A stretch of 64,000 nucleotides of DNA from the human T2T-CHM13v2.0 reference genome, Homo sapiens. The stretch lies in the NCBI RefSeq assembly GCF_009914755.1, contig NC_060936.1, one strand, 5' to 3'. Both the position numbers and the translations under genes were made by a program. Below, piece after piece: positions 28,247-42,000 of this stretch. Numbering within the stretch: the stretch's first letter is position 1; the number at the start of each line of letters is the position of its first letter. The notes under the pieces were generated by a model. The model saw only the letters and a program-made list of their open reading frames with translations, ran no database searches and was not told the origin of the DNA.

Positions 28247-29009
28247 CGAGTCCTGCTCTGTTTTATTTCTATATGAGGTTATATGGAAAAAAGAAAACAA
28301 AAATAGCTTATTACCTGGAATATAATTGAATCAGCATTTTGGATTTAAAAATCTATGATAATTATAGCAAACTATTTTAAATAAATAAACGATGAGTCAT
28401 TCTTGTTCTCTGACATGATTAAAATCCAGAAATCATTTATTGGTCCTTAATTTACTATTTGTGTTTGTTTTGAAATAGAAATAAAGGCAAGACAGTTTAC
28501 CATTTCCTGTATGTGTCTTTGCTACAACTTAGTCTCAAAAAACAATTTAACCAGAAATACACCTAAAGGTATGCTGTTAAATTAGTTAAAAAATTTAACA
28601 CTTACTGAGATAGACTAAGACAACATACTGTTTAGGAAAGAAGAAAAAATGGAAAGGTGACAGTAGCTTTTCAATATTATTATGTGAAAAATCACAATCA
28701 ATAGTTTCCAGTTTTATGTAAGGCGGAATAATAGATTATCATGGACCTATGTTATAGCATAGTTCTACATATTTTTTAAAAACATTATTTCAGCCCTTTG
28801 TTGCTAGGAGTTTTTGTGTACAGGCTGGATGACCACTGGACAGAGAAATTGTAAAAGACATTAAAATATTGAGGGCAGTTTAAATCTAACACTGAAAAAA
28901 ATAAATATGGGAGTCCCGTTTTGTTAAATCCAATGTTTGAGATACTTTTTGAATTGAGTTGGGGATACAAAAACACAGGAAACAATGTAACTTGGTGTTA
29001 TCTTGTGTA

Positions 29010-29210
29010 TGGAGCCAGCCTAACTGGGGTTCAAACCTCATTGCTTTTATATAACATAAACCAAGATATGTAAACTTCATCTCTGTCATGCAAAAAATAG
29101 GCGAAGTAATAATGCCCAACATAAGGGAGTTATTGCAAAAGTGGAATCAAACAAGATTCTATATAATGCATCATGCTGGGCACAGAGTAAGAACCCAGTG
29201 AATGAGGGTT
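29010..29210 (+). mobile_element. MIR
   Basis: ggagccagcctaactggggttcaaacctc...catgctgggcacagagtaagaacccagtgaatg. Confidence 0.7.
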
Positions 29211-29429
29211 TATGATTTCTGTGGACAGTCTACCTGAAGATTGCAAGAGAAATAGCAATAATATGAGAAGGTAGCAGCTGGGAAAGTGCAAGCAATGGCA
29301 GAGAGGGAAGGAGGCAGATTGACCAAATGGGAATGTGAATGATGAAAATAGAGAAAAAAAAATCAGAGTAAGAAAAGGGGGGAGAGCTTTCTCGGAAAGT
29401 TGTGTGTCATGGGAAATCAACTCAAGGTA

Positions 29430-29930
29430 AAAGTCCCTGTCCACATAGTGGCCTAGGTGTCCGATTCCTGTGAGCTCATCTCTTACTTCTCTCCCCTGCT
29501 CACCCTCCTCTGCTCTCTCTTCCTCCCTGGGGTACACAAATGTGTCAGGAATGCTTCCACCCTTGGGCCTTTGCCATGGCTGCTTCTCTCCTTAGGTTCC
29601 AGCTAGCGGCAGGAGCATTCCTTACCTCTTAATTAAATCTTCATTCCAATGTCTAGCACCATCTCAGTGAGACCTACACTGACCACAAAAGAAATACTAC
29701 AACTCCCCTCCTCCTGCCCCAATTCTTCTCATTGTTTTATATTTTTTTCATAGCAGTTGACACATAATCAACTTTCCATATGCTTAAAATTAATTGAAGT
29801 ATTTTTACATTGATTGTCTGCCTTACTAAAATGTAAACACTCTGAGGTCAGAGATTTTGTCTGACTTGTTCATTGACATTATCTCAGTGCCTAGAACAAG
29901 GTCTGGCACATGGCTGGTGCCCAATAATTT
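29430..29930 (+). mobile_element. L2a 3' portion
   Basis: aatgtaaacactctgaggtcagagattttgtctgacttgttcattg...cagtgcctagaacaaggtctggcacatgg...caataa. Confidence 0.8.
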
Positions 29931-31597
29931 TTTTTTTTTAATTCATGATGAAAACGGAAGGGAAAAAAGGAGGAAGAAACTAATCCCAGACTCAGGAAAA
30001 ATATTTCCTAATTTTCCATTTTAATTAGCATTCCCAGTGCTTTGACAGGAGCATAACATTGCACACTAGAAAGGTCTCAACATCTAATTATATGTAAATT
30101 ATAACTGTTAGCTTTGAGTTTTAATAACATCATTTGCCTTTGATTCTACTGTAACCAGCTCTAAATAGAATAGAAGTTGAAACACTATAAACAGAGAACC
30201 TCAACTATGTGTATTAAAAAGTGTTCAATATTGAGAACTCTAAAAATATGTTGGCTTCTAAAAATTAGCTAATTATGCAAAGTGTCTATTTACATGTTTG
30301 GTTATATACCAACAATATTCTTTAATTCATAAGGCTTGTCTCTTGACATCTAGTTGAAGTATCTGAAGCCCTGATATCTAGCAATTAAAATTGTAGTGGA
30401 AGCAACTGGTATAGACAAAGCACAGATTCTGTCACACTTGATCACCTCTTTCCACATCGTGCTCAGCCACCCTTAATGAGGAAAGATGGAAAATGTCTAC
30501 TGCTTCTTAAAGTGAGAATTTTCCCAAATTGGAGTTAAACTTAAGAAAGTAGTTCTTCATTCGGTAAACATAGTAATTGACTTTTATAGCCTTTTTGAAA
30601 ACACATATGTATGTATCCTTTTTAAATCTAGAAAGAAATGCATTATATATGAATGAATGAATAAGCAATGAGTCTGCTGTGTTTCTTTCCATAGGCATCC
30701 AAAATAACAGTATGCAGTCATGTCAGGAGCACCAAATAGTCAAGTACTATTTTCAGAACAAATGTTACAAAGTATTATTTTAATCCGGCAATGTATCACT
30801 GCCTTTTAGCCGTGCAAAACTATACTCTGCCATCTCCTCCACATTCCATTATCCAGCATCCTAAATCCTGACCCAAGTCAGTGAAGTGTACGGATAATCA
30901 ACATGAAGCAGAGCATTTGTAGAAGAGCACATGGAATCTCGAACAGTTTTCAGTGCATATTAACAGTGTTTACGTTATTATTTATTAGGGTGTGCATTAG
31001 AGTCAAATGTTATACTTGAGGTTATCACTACTTGAGAAGGATTTGGAAAACTTAAGTTTAGAGGAAATTACAATATTAAATAAGAGATAGAAGATAAGAT
31101 CTATGTGGAAAATTTATTGAAACACGCTATTTGTTGAAATAACTAAGTGACAATCCTCTGGAATCCAGGGATCCTTGTCTTCTCAATCCTTGTCATATGG
31201 CCACTGCCATCAAAGAATAATTTTATCTCATTAATGGCAGCTCAAGAAACCTGGCGTGTAGTCACTGATAGACAATGACAGCTTCTGAGGCTGTACACCA
31301 GGACAATGCCATAGTGGAAGAACGACAACATCACAGTTAACTTCTCCGGGCTGGAGGGAAAAAAAATGAAGCTCTGTTAAGTAATATTCCTTGCTATTTT
31401 ATTCAGATATAATCCAAGTCAATTTTTTCCTTTAAAATATAAAATGAAAACAATAATCCATGAAACAGAGGTGAAGCTCTATCCTTCAACTTCTGTGTTA
31501 TAGTGTTTTATCTCTCTTATAGGAAAACCAGGTCCCGATTAGATCCAGCATTCTTCAATCTTAATGGAGTAAATTGTGACTCAAAGGAAGCCTAAAG

Positions 31598-32073
31598 TAA
31601 ATGTTCTCAAGTAGATGTGATCTCACCCTCCGGGGCAAGTTTTTCTAACCCACAGCCCATGGGCTGCATACGGCCCAGGACAGCTTTGAAAGTGGCCCAT
31701 CACAAATGCATAAACTTTCTTAAAATAAATTTGTAAACTTTCTTAAATTATGAGGTTATTTTTTGAGATTTTTTTAGCTCATCAGCTATTGTTAGTGGTA
31801 GTGTATTTTATGTGTGGCCCAAGACAATTCTTCTTCTCCCAATGTAGCCCAGGGAAGCCAAAAGGTTGGACACCTCTGCTAGTCTAGGGAATATTTGGCA
31901 CTCTCTGGAGACATTTTTGGAGATGTTTTGGGTGGGGGCAGAGGTGTGCTTCTGACATCTAGTGGGTACAGGCCAGGGATGTTGCTAAACATCCTTAATG
32001 CAGAAGACAGCCTGCTACAACAAAGAATTATCCAGCCCAAAATGCCAACAGTACTGCAGTTGAGAAATCCCAG
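31598..32073 (+). mobile_element. MER20 (hAT-Charlie) interrupted by MER30
   Basis: 5' piece gttctcaag...gtgatctcaccctccgggg; resumes gggaatatttggcactctctggagacatttttgg...catctagtgggtacaggccagggatgttgctaaacatcct...gttgagaaatccc. Confidence 0.85.
31636..31878 (-). mobile_element. MER30 (hAT-Charlie), full length
   Basis: ggcccaggacagctttgaa...agctcatcagctattgttagt...gtgtggcccaagacaattcttcttc...cagggaagccaaaaggttggacacctctg. Confidence 0.9.
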
Positions 32074-33393
32074 ACTAAAGGTTCTAGCAATATTCAACAA
32101 GAAGTTCAGTCACTTAGGAAATAATTCCCACAGCTGCTCCTCTCTGTGCACCTTGTATTAGAGTAATCATGAGGGTAATGGAGCAGTAGATGAACTTACC
32201 TCTATGTTTGGAATCTCAGCACTTTACATGCAGTGTTTAGTATAAGCAATGAGGGGCAGTCAACTCGTCCTTCTCTAAACAAAATTTATTATTTTATTTT
32301 GAAAGATTTAGACTTCATAAAGCTTAAATATTTTACTGAGATTTCCAGGTTTTTTTTTTTTTTCCAAAAGAGAACTCTTACCTTGCGAAGCTGTCATTTG
32401 ATAAGACTAGGACATCAATAAAACTTTAATGTTGACACCAATTAGCCATAACCTGCAAATTGAGTATTTCACAAGGGCCAAGTTCAGCCAATAGTTCTGG
32501 GCTCTGGTTTCTATTAATACTCAAATCAAATATAGTCATTAGAGCTTGAGAATCAATAATAGATTCTGGCTTCTTGTTATCATTGACTTCTTTGATAAGT
32601 AATTTTGCTGAAAACATATTGAGTTTAAATTAACAACCATTTCCTATATACTGTACAGTGATTAATTAACTGATCTGGGCATTAAAAGTCAAGACTTTTA
32701 ATCTCAGCTTTACCACTTGTTGTGTGACCTTAGTAAAAAAAAAATCAATTAAACCAATATTTGCCTCTTATTTAAGATGTGGATAATACTTAAAACTCCT
32801 GTGAGCAGTGAAATAAATATTGGAGTGATAATTAACATATAAATTGCCAGATAAATTGCAGATATCAAGACTAACTCCCCTCATCTTTGATGACTTCACA
32901 TGTGTTTGAAACTTACCATGGATTGAAGTTTCCAGAGCTTAAGAGAGTTTTCTCCAGGTCTACATTGGTAGCAAATGGTGAAACTAGAAAGACTATTTAA
33001 GTCTTCTGACCATGAATCCAAGGCTTTTTGTGTATAGTATTCTGCTCCTTCAAATCTATACCACCCAAAAATTTGCAAGCATGCTTTCTCAGCGTGTCTA
33101 AATGGGCCGTAATTATTTGCAGACAAACATTGAAAGAAAATTATTTGGAATGCCATGTCGATTACAAAGTATTAGAAATAATTTGTGTATTTTGTTGACT
33201 TCCTACTCTATCTCACATATTAATTACTCTTTATATATGTGCATATATTATATATTATAGTATGTTTTATATTTATTATTGCATTTATTATATGTTATCT
33301 CCCCCACAGGAGCACCTCCTCATGAGTTCCTCAGAGTCCCAAGACTCTCTTGTCTTGAGGCTGGTTGCTCTTCAACATCCTTCGTTTTATTGA

Positions 33394-33454
33394 TTTATTA
33401 ATTTATTGGCTTATTGATTTTAGAGAGGGGATCTCACTTTGTCACCCAGGCTGG
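33394..33454 (-). mobile_element. Very short Alu 3' fragment
   Basis: Decayed (ttta/ttga)n tail plus agagaggggatctcactttgtcacccaggctgga. Confidence 0.7.
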
Positions 33455-33915
33455 AACAAGGTCCTCTACTTGGAACTTCTACTATGCAATTCTCCCCACA
33501 CATTTCAAGAAATTCCCATCTTCTAACTACTGGTGCAATCTCACCCTTCAAAGTCCATCTTCTCAGCCCTGAAAGTACATAACTCAGATTCATATCTGAG
33601 TCAGAATAATCTTTCATGGGTTCCAACAAGACAGAGCAGAGGAGGCTTCCGTACTCTAAGTAGCACAGAACATTTCAAGGCAAGCATGAGCACTACCAGG
33701 CTCTCTGAGGGTTCCCTACAGTGTAGTAGCACATCTGCCACATTACTCTTCTGAGTGTCCTGTGGGGTAGCTGTTAAATTACACGTACATACTGCATGCC
33801 CATTTTATCCCAATATGTGAGTCCTCAGAGAAAGTTGTCTAAACTGTCAGTCGAGTCCAATTAGTAAGTGAACAATTCTGTGAAAATTGGGACAAATAAG
33901 GTAACCATGAATCCT

Positions 33916-34280
<365 letters not shown>

Positions 34281-36989
34281 TCATAGATAACTTTAGTGGA
34301 TCACTGGGAGAGCCTGTGTCAAGAGTGGCCAACTAAGGCACAATTCTAAAAAAGACAAGACTATCTTCTGCAGTTTTTAGGATCATTGTCTTTAATAGTT
34401 TTATTGTCATTGGAAATTACACATTATATTATAAACTGATTAAGCATTGAATACATTATCATGTATTAAATAAGAGCTACTTCTGATCATATGTTATTAC
34501 TGGTGGCCTTTGTGAAACCTGCAAATTTTTGCCTCTGTGTTTTATTCTATTCTGTATCTGGTTCCTAGACCTTTATTAACACCCAGTATAGACTGAATAA
34601 AAATATTTTCACTTGATATAATTTTAATAACCTAATTTATACTTGTTTCTTTCATACATATTCATATGAAGACCACATAACCCCCAGAAAAATGGAATTT
34701 ATGCTATGAATTGATTAGCGTATCAAGCACTTGCATCAGATGCATACAAAATGCATGTTCTTCAATATGTACAACTTCTAAATCCCACCTGTTACTGTAA
34801 CAGTCTCAAAAAATAAAACAGCAATGGCAATATGATAGTTAATTTTTAAGTTTTACACATTAAAACATCTGTAAAAAGTAAGGAAAACTTATCATCTAAG
34901 ATTAACTTATTATCTTATTTCTTTTATATGTAAAACCCTTGAATTTAAATCTTGCTTTCAAGAAGACAAGGAGAAGAAAGAACTATTAGATAATATGAAA
35001 AGCACATGACTGCCTCCCATTAGAGAGTTTCTTTCACAAAAATTAAGAAAAGGGTCAGAAGAGCAAAATTATGCTGTTCTTATCATGGATAGCATACCTT
35101 AAGAGCAGAGAAGATTGGGAGGGGACGAGTGTTTACTATTCAAAGTAAAAGCCATCATGTTGCTGCAAGGAAGAGCGTGTTTTAACTTTGCTTTGTGATT
35201 TGAGCATTTTACCAGGTTGTAAGAGTTGAAAAGCTCTGAGTCTCATTCAGTCATTTAAAAGGAAGTGAAGGGAAGGAACTGTTTAATGCCAAGTCTAACT
35301 GTCCTAGCGTTTGTATTAAGATGGAGCTACCCAAAGTTCTTTAAAGTATGAGATCTTGGTGGTGTAAGAAAAAAATCAGACTTCATTTTGCATTCTACTA
35401 GTCTCTCCTTTTGGATTATTCTTTACACCTTTGAAATGTCCAAGTCACTCAGGGATAGCTATTTGTAAGCTGCCACTATGAGATGACATTTAAAATGAAT
35501 GAAAAAGATATAGACAACATCCTCTCTAAATCAACAAAATCAACCTTGGCTTGAAAGCTGGTGTGGAAATGCTCATTTTCTGTCCCATTCTTCTGTGCAT
35601 ATGACATTCTGGAAATTATACATTCTGTTTTACAGAACTAAATATTTATTACCAGAGGAAAATAGTTTATTAATTACAGCCAAAGGCTGCTTTGATTAAA
35701 TATACAATTAATTAGCTATGCTAAGCTCATCCATCCCAGAGCTCCTAATATTTTCAGCCCGATGATTCTTCTAGTACTTTTAATTAAAATTGTTCTAAAA
35801 AGCCACAAGTTAGCTGCATGTGCACTTAAACTGAAGTTATCTCTGCAGTGTTTCACTGGTTTCCGTATGCCATGTAATTAATCTTTAGTGATTAAATGTA
35901 CATAAAATCATCGGAGATGCAAAGTAATTTGTGCAGACATGGAACAATGGAGAGCTTTTACTGGGCATTGGCAGGATTGTTTTATCTGCTGAAAATTATT
36001 TCAAAAGCATACAGATGTTAATTGTTTGAAGGAAGTAAATGTACAAAACTGTGCCCTTCTCCCCCACTCTTCCAAATAAAGCTAAATAAAATCAACAGTA
36101 TTAGTATAGAAAAATGTTGTGGCAATTTGAATTTAAGGATGTGATGACTCTATTTGGTGGAGATGCATCCACTTTTTTGCCCTGTCTTGTTTGCTTGCTG
36201 AGGCAATCATAGTGTCATGTAAAACATGGTTTTCAGAAAGTGCCGCCCCAAATATTATTGTCTCGTTGTACACGCATGCTCTCAGATAGACCTGAAACCT
36301 TCAGTTGGTTACAACTCTCCATACACTCCAGCTGCTGTCTTAGGGAAATCCTGTTTGAATCACTCATAGTGATTGTGTCCACGAAGGTAAAAGCAGGTAA
36401 GAACCCAGGTGGTCTTTTTCACTTGGAACTTTGTCCTATCTTATCTCAGTGGGCTGCTGAATTTTTGTAAGGCAGCAACAGCTTTACCTCAAAGGTGGCC
36501 TAGGCTGGAAAATTGGCAGGCACTAAGTCACCTCCTTTCTGAGCTTTTCCTGATTCACTTATATTAAAAAAAAATGGGGGGGGGGGATTCTCTTTACCGA
36601 AGTTTTAAGCTGCATCAAGAATAGCGCTTATTCATGCATATGCATACATTATTATACATTTTTGGAACTGAGGTAATCCTTGGAGAGCATTTTGTCTAAC
36701 CTATTCCTGTCACAGAAACATTTTTTTTTTTCATTTTGCAACTGGAGTTTCCTTGTCCTGGGAACATAAGTTAGAACAATTATCCACACGGTTATGAATG
36801 GGGATCAGGCAGTTAATTCACCACTTAATTGTAATCTTATGAACTACTTACTGTATTTACTAAAAGGAAATAGGAGAATAAACTTCCCATCAATCATCTC
36901 GTTCAAGTTTTAGAGCTTCTATGCTAAATATTTTATTGATGTTTAAAAATAATTAATATGAATGTATAGAAAAATCCTGGGTATTTTTT

Positions 36990-37150
36990 CACATAGTGTC
37001 ATCTTCAGCAAGTTGCTTAAGTTATTTAGTTTTTTAACCTATAGGATGAATATAATAATTTCTGCACCTCTAGGGGCAGATAGTACCAAGCAGCATGTGT
37101 GACACAAATAGTAAGCACTCAACAAGTTTTTGTTACTGTTGTTGTTATTA
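36990..37150 (+). mobile_element. MIR relic
   Basis: gtgtcatcttcagcaagttgcttaa...cacaaatagtaagcactcaacaagt. Confidence 0.55.
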
Positions 37151-37795
37151 TAGTCTATTTCAAGGTGCACTTAGAGACGACCATGTCGATGAAATTACTG
37201 GGGCAAATTCCAACTATTCTATAGAAAATAGCATCAGTTGCTATTTTAAATGCATTTACTTTATTTTTTTTTTGCCTTAGGCATCAATCTATGTTTCATT
37301 AATATAGAACAAAATATTTCTTTTCTAAATCAATTAATTTGAGAAAGTTAAGGGCATGGTGTTGGGAAGGTTATGGGCACAAGTTCAGGTGGTTTTACTT
37401 GCAGATGTAGAAGCTTGTGAATTTCCCTTAGGGTTTGGCCTTTCTACTGTGATTTCATGTCATCGACTGAACTCGACAAGTGTCAGGCTGCATTCAAATG
37501 GCAGAATTGATTGTTGAAAGTGATTTAAGCCACCTGCTTCTCCTAGGAAACTGGTTGCTTGTTCAAATTTTGTCCTGTCCTTTCAAACTGATGTGAAATA
37601 CCATTCATTGTGTAGGCACTAAGTTAAAAATGCTGGTATTGAAAGGGACAGTTGTATGTCATGCAAGTTCTACTTTCTTATGTTAATGTCCATGTTGCAC
37701 AACTTCTATATATTCTCTTTGGTAACATACCTTTCTAAGTTTATATCCTACACAAAGGTATAACGATGCAGGTGGAGGACCTTAGAAAGTATAAG

Positions 37796-37853
37796 TGTGT
37801 GTGTTTGTGCATGTGTGTGTGTGTGAAAAAGAGAAAGAGAAACAGAGAGAGAG
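37796..37853. repeat. Compound (TG)n/(GA)n microsatellite
   Basis: gtgtgtgtgtttgtgcatgtgtgtgtgtgtg...gagagagaga. Confidence 0.8.
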
Positions 37854-38764
37854 ATTGAATGTGTTTATGGTGGAACAGTTACCCAATTGGCTAGGTTGGT
37901 AATAACTGGAAAAACTGAGCTTCAGAATATTGGAAGAAGTGAATTTTGATTTCTAAAATAACCTCTGAAAATGTAAGTCTTCAAGGGATGGGCAACGTCT
38001 ACTTGGAATGCCTTTATATACTTAAAATTCAACCTCTACAGCTTGTATTTCTGCACGGTGTGGATTAATTGATGGGAATAGATACCGAGGCTGGCTGTTA
38101 TAGAAAATCTGCCAATCTGAATCCATGGGGCCCACTGAAATCCATGTGAATGGCAGCATCAGGATACCATTTTACAGCTCTCTTCATCCTCCTCCAACTG
38201 GACTATCCACACTGTCCCTGTCTTGACTCAAGTACCCATCATTTTTCCCACTAATTTCCTAAATGGTTTCCCTGCTTCCATTCAGTTATGTCTCACCACA
38301 GCCTTCCAAGTTTTATACCCCTAAACCTAAATGAGGCCACACTACTTTTCAGATGAAAGGTATTTTTTAAAAATCCTTTACCATGACCCATGGAGGACAT
38401 TAGGATCTATGTTAAAGCTGTCTTTCTCTACAACCTCTTCTCCAAGACTCAGTCACCCCAGACCTCTCGTGGTCCCCAGAGGACTTACTCTTTCATGCCT
38501 CAACCCTGGGGTTCCTCTCCTTTCTCCCATCTGTGCAGTTTATAAAGTTTTTCATCTCATCAGACCCACCTCAAACGTCAAAGTCCTGGAGTCACATCAC
38601 AATAGCACAGGCATAGTTAGCCCTTTGTGCTCTTGCAGAGCTGTTAATACCTTCCTTTCAGCTTTTTATGAGTTTGGTTACAATTATAGATATATATGTT
38701 GTTTTTCCCAGATTGTAAGAGCAGGTGCCTTTCCTTGCTCAGCCTGTTACACTCATTTACACTC

Positions 38765-38915
38765 AGCTTCCACAACGTTCAAATGGGGATAACATACTTA
38801 CCTCCCATGACTGTTCTTGGATGTGATTGAGATAATATAGGCCAAGGGCTTGGCTCAGCTCCTGGCACTCTGTGAGTGCTCACTCAGTGCGAACTAGTAT
38901 TACTGTCATTGTCAC
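38765..38915 (+). mobile_element. MIR
   Basis: aaatggggataacatacttacctccc...ctggcactctgtgagtgctc. Confidence 0.7.
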
Positions 38916-39004
38916 TGCCAGGAATGTAACGTGTATCCCCAGAGAGTAGCCTCATCTCTGTCACTCAAGAGTTACCCAGGAAGGAAGGAGGGAGGGAAGG
39001 AAGT

Positions 39005-39225
39005 GTTATGGATCACCACCATAGCACTGTGCCGGCTCCCCTAGCTTTGTTTTTATTTGATCCTATCTGCAACTCTGAGTGGATATTATTATCCCCTTTT
39101 CCACATGAAGAAGTAGAGGCTCATAGAGTTTCAGTAACTTTCTCAAAGTCACACAGCTAGTCCCCAAAACTGTGTTTAGGCCCAGTTCTGAGTGATTCCC
39201 ACGTCGATGCTCTTTTCTGCTACAA
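39005..39225 (-). mobile_element. MIR
   Basis: tattattatcccctttt...gaggctcatagagtttcagtaactttctcaaagtcacacagctag. Confidence 0.75.
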
Positions 39226-40834
39226 CAATGAATGACAGGGCATTGAGGGGTTTAAGAGCAGAGCAGCCCTGACCTTTGCTTGCCACTCAGAAATCATTTG
39301 TACAATACATTTAAGTCAAAGGAATAATGTGGACAACTGGGCTACAGAATGGAGCTGGGAAGTGAATGTAATGCAGTCTGCATTGTGAACACAGGTGATT
39401 TTAGTGACAAGTGCAATCATATTTGTTTAAACATGGTTCTTGATAAAGAAATATATGAAAATGTATTTAACACATAATTATTTTCAAGTATGTGCCAAGC
39501 ACATTTTTAGGCCCTGAAACTACAGCACTAAACACAATTTCCAGTTTCTTATCATTCAGTGCGTTTTGTACAGAAGCATTTAAATAGTGAAGCCTTATGT
39601 TGCTCTCATAGATAGGGTATAATGAACCTCTGGTGAAGATACTTTACCATCTTCTTTCCCGTTATGACAGACGCCCTGTTGTTGTAATTCACTGTCTCCT
39701 ATTCCTTTATGTGGTACAATTTATTTCGTTTATTTAACAAATAGGTATTTTCCAGCTAGTGCTAGTGTGGCTAAGTTGCAAGGTAGATTTCTACATCCTT
39801 TTGTGCTCTCATCACAAAGATGGGACAAAAAAGATCTTGTCCAAGGGCTAAGAGCACATTTCCTCTTGTTCAATGGATATGAAAGATGAATAGCTCTGTC
39901 CAAATCCTCAGTTGTTGATGTTGTTTGCAGGATTTTTTTTAAGAAACCTGAGTTGTTTAATGACAATGACATTTTTTTCCCAATGAAATAATTTGAGTTT
40001 ATTTCAAGTGTTTATTGTATATATGCCTTATGCCTTTATATCCTTAGACCTGTTATAGAAAATTTTGTCTCCATCTGAATTCCTTGTTACGTTTTAAATA
40101 CTTGGGTCTGATATGTCACAACTCAGTGAATAGGTTTATTAATAATCACCTACATCAGTTTAGTATTACGTTAGGAAGTAAAAGGTCAGTAAGTAGTTGT
40201 TAGCCAACCATTTCATCAGTGGGATCTTCTCCAAAGATTTGAGTCATTTTTCACTGCATATAGAGTCACTTGAGATATAAAAAGTCTTTTTGTAGTAATG
40301 AAAGAACTCCCACAATTAGCCAGGAGGCAGCCATCTATCTTTTTAAATAGCTCAGCTTGGAGAGCAGGATATCAGGTGATATTCAGTAGATGAATTATTA
40401 CGACAAAGATAAAGTTGGTGACACAAATCTGTGTTTTTTGCTTGTAGGGATATGTGTGTGTATGTGTGCATGTGCACACAGAGAAAAAAAGACATTCATA
40501 GTACAGTAAGAATTTGTTTTTCTAGGGATATGCAACAGAAACAAACTCTACAGGAAGCTATTCATCTATCAATTCCTTATAATTATTTGTGAACTCTAAA
40601 TGATTACAGCATGAATCTATTTTTAACTAATAATAAATATAACAATATTATGAAACTTTTTTTTCAGTTTCAGACATCAAAAAATTATGAGAATAAAAAT
40701 TAATGATTTTAAGTTCCAAGAATAGTATAAAAATTCTCAAATATAATTCACCTAGGCTCCCCAAATTTTAAGATTAATTAACAGTTTACATTTGCTTAGG
40801 TTCTCAATCTCTCTCTCTCTCTCTCTTATCAAGT

Positions 40835-41470
40835 CATAAATGTTAACATCACCAGTAATAGACAAATAAACATTACATGCCTCCTGATAAGATAGGCTGA
40901 AAAGGACACACCACCACTTCTGGACATTCCTGCTCAAAATACATAAATATATAACCTGAGTCTAATCAAGACAAATATTAGACAAACCCAAATGGAGGGA
41001 TTGTCATAGTTTGCTTTCTGCTGCTGTAACAGAATACCACATACTGGGCAATTTATAATTTTAAAAAATGTGTTTCTCACAGTTCTTGAGGGTGCTAAGT
41101 TCAATATCAAGGTGCCAGCATCTGGCAAAGGCCTTCTTTCTGTGTCATAACATGGTGGAAGGCACCACATGGCAAGAGAGGATGCCAGAGAGCAAAAGGT
41201 TTGGGAAGGAGAGTAAACACATTGTTTTATCAGGAACCCACTCATGTGATAATAGCATTAATCCATCCGTCAGTGCAGAGCTTTTATAAACTAATCACCT
41301 CTGAACGTTTTCATATCTCAACACTGTTGCATTGGGGATTAAGTTTCTAACGTGTGAACTTTGAGGGACACATTCAAACCATAGCAGGGATATTCTACAA
41401 AATACCTGTACACATCAAACAACTATATAAATACTTTAAATTTGTTCTATGATCTCAATAAAAGTTATAT
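40835..41470 (+). mobile_element. L1MC-type 3' region interrupted by an MST LTR
   Basis: ataacctgagtctaatcaag...agacaaacccaaatggaggga[LTR]tattctacaaaatacctg resembles an L1MC4-like 3' UTR. Confidence 0.6.
41002..41386 (-). mobile_element. Solo MaLR LTR (MSTC/MSTD-like)
   Basis: TG...CA termini; tgctgtaacagaataccac...aaggtgccagcatctgg...gggacacattcaaaccatagca; exact 5-bp TSD gggat at 40997-41001 and 41387-41391. Confidence 0.9.
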
Positions 41471-41619
41471 TTTAAAATCTCCCTTAAAAATGTGTAAATT
41501 TGCTAAATCTGACAAACTCATAATCTCATTTTAGATGCAACTACTTTTGATAGTAAAGTTAATTTGCAAAGATAACAAATTTTAGTTCTTGCCACATTTT
41601 TGTTAAAGTCAGAAGAGTT

Positions 41620-42000
41620 TCATGCTTAGGGTCCCAGAAGAAAACAAATAGCATAATCAAAGCGTTTAATTGAAGAAAGTTTAATGATGGAAAAACTTAC
41701 AAACGCATGAGCAGAGTTAACATAAAGAACCTAGGGAATAGCAAGAGAGAGAGAGAGACGTTCTTACTACCTGTAGACCTGGAGAGTGAAGGTGAGTCAG
41801 GATTGTGAGCAGAGCCAAGCAAGAGCTAGAGTCTTGGGGACTGGATAAAGACCTGTAATACTCTCTAACCATTGGCTTAACCAAACAAAAAAACAGTAGA
41901 GATCCTGGGTGAGGCAGGGGTGCCAAGACAGAGAGCTGGGTAAAAAGAGCAGATTGTGGATCTGAAAGACAAACCAAAGACATCCAACTCATGTGCCAAA
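41620..42000 (-). mobile_element. Old ERVL-type LTR relic (family uncertain)
   Basis: tagggtcccagaagaaaacaaatagcataatcaaag...gaagaaagtttaatga resembles antisense ERVL LTR ends. Confidence 0.4.
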
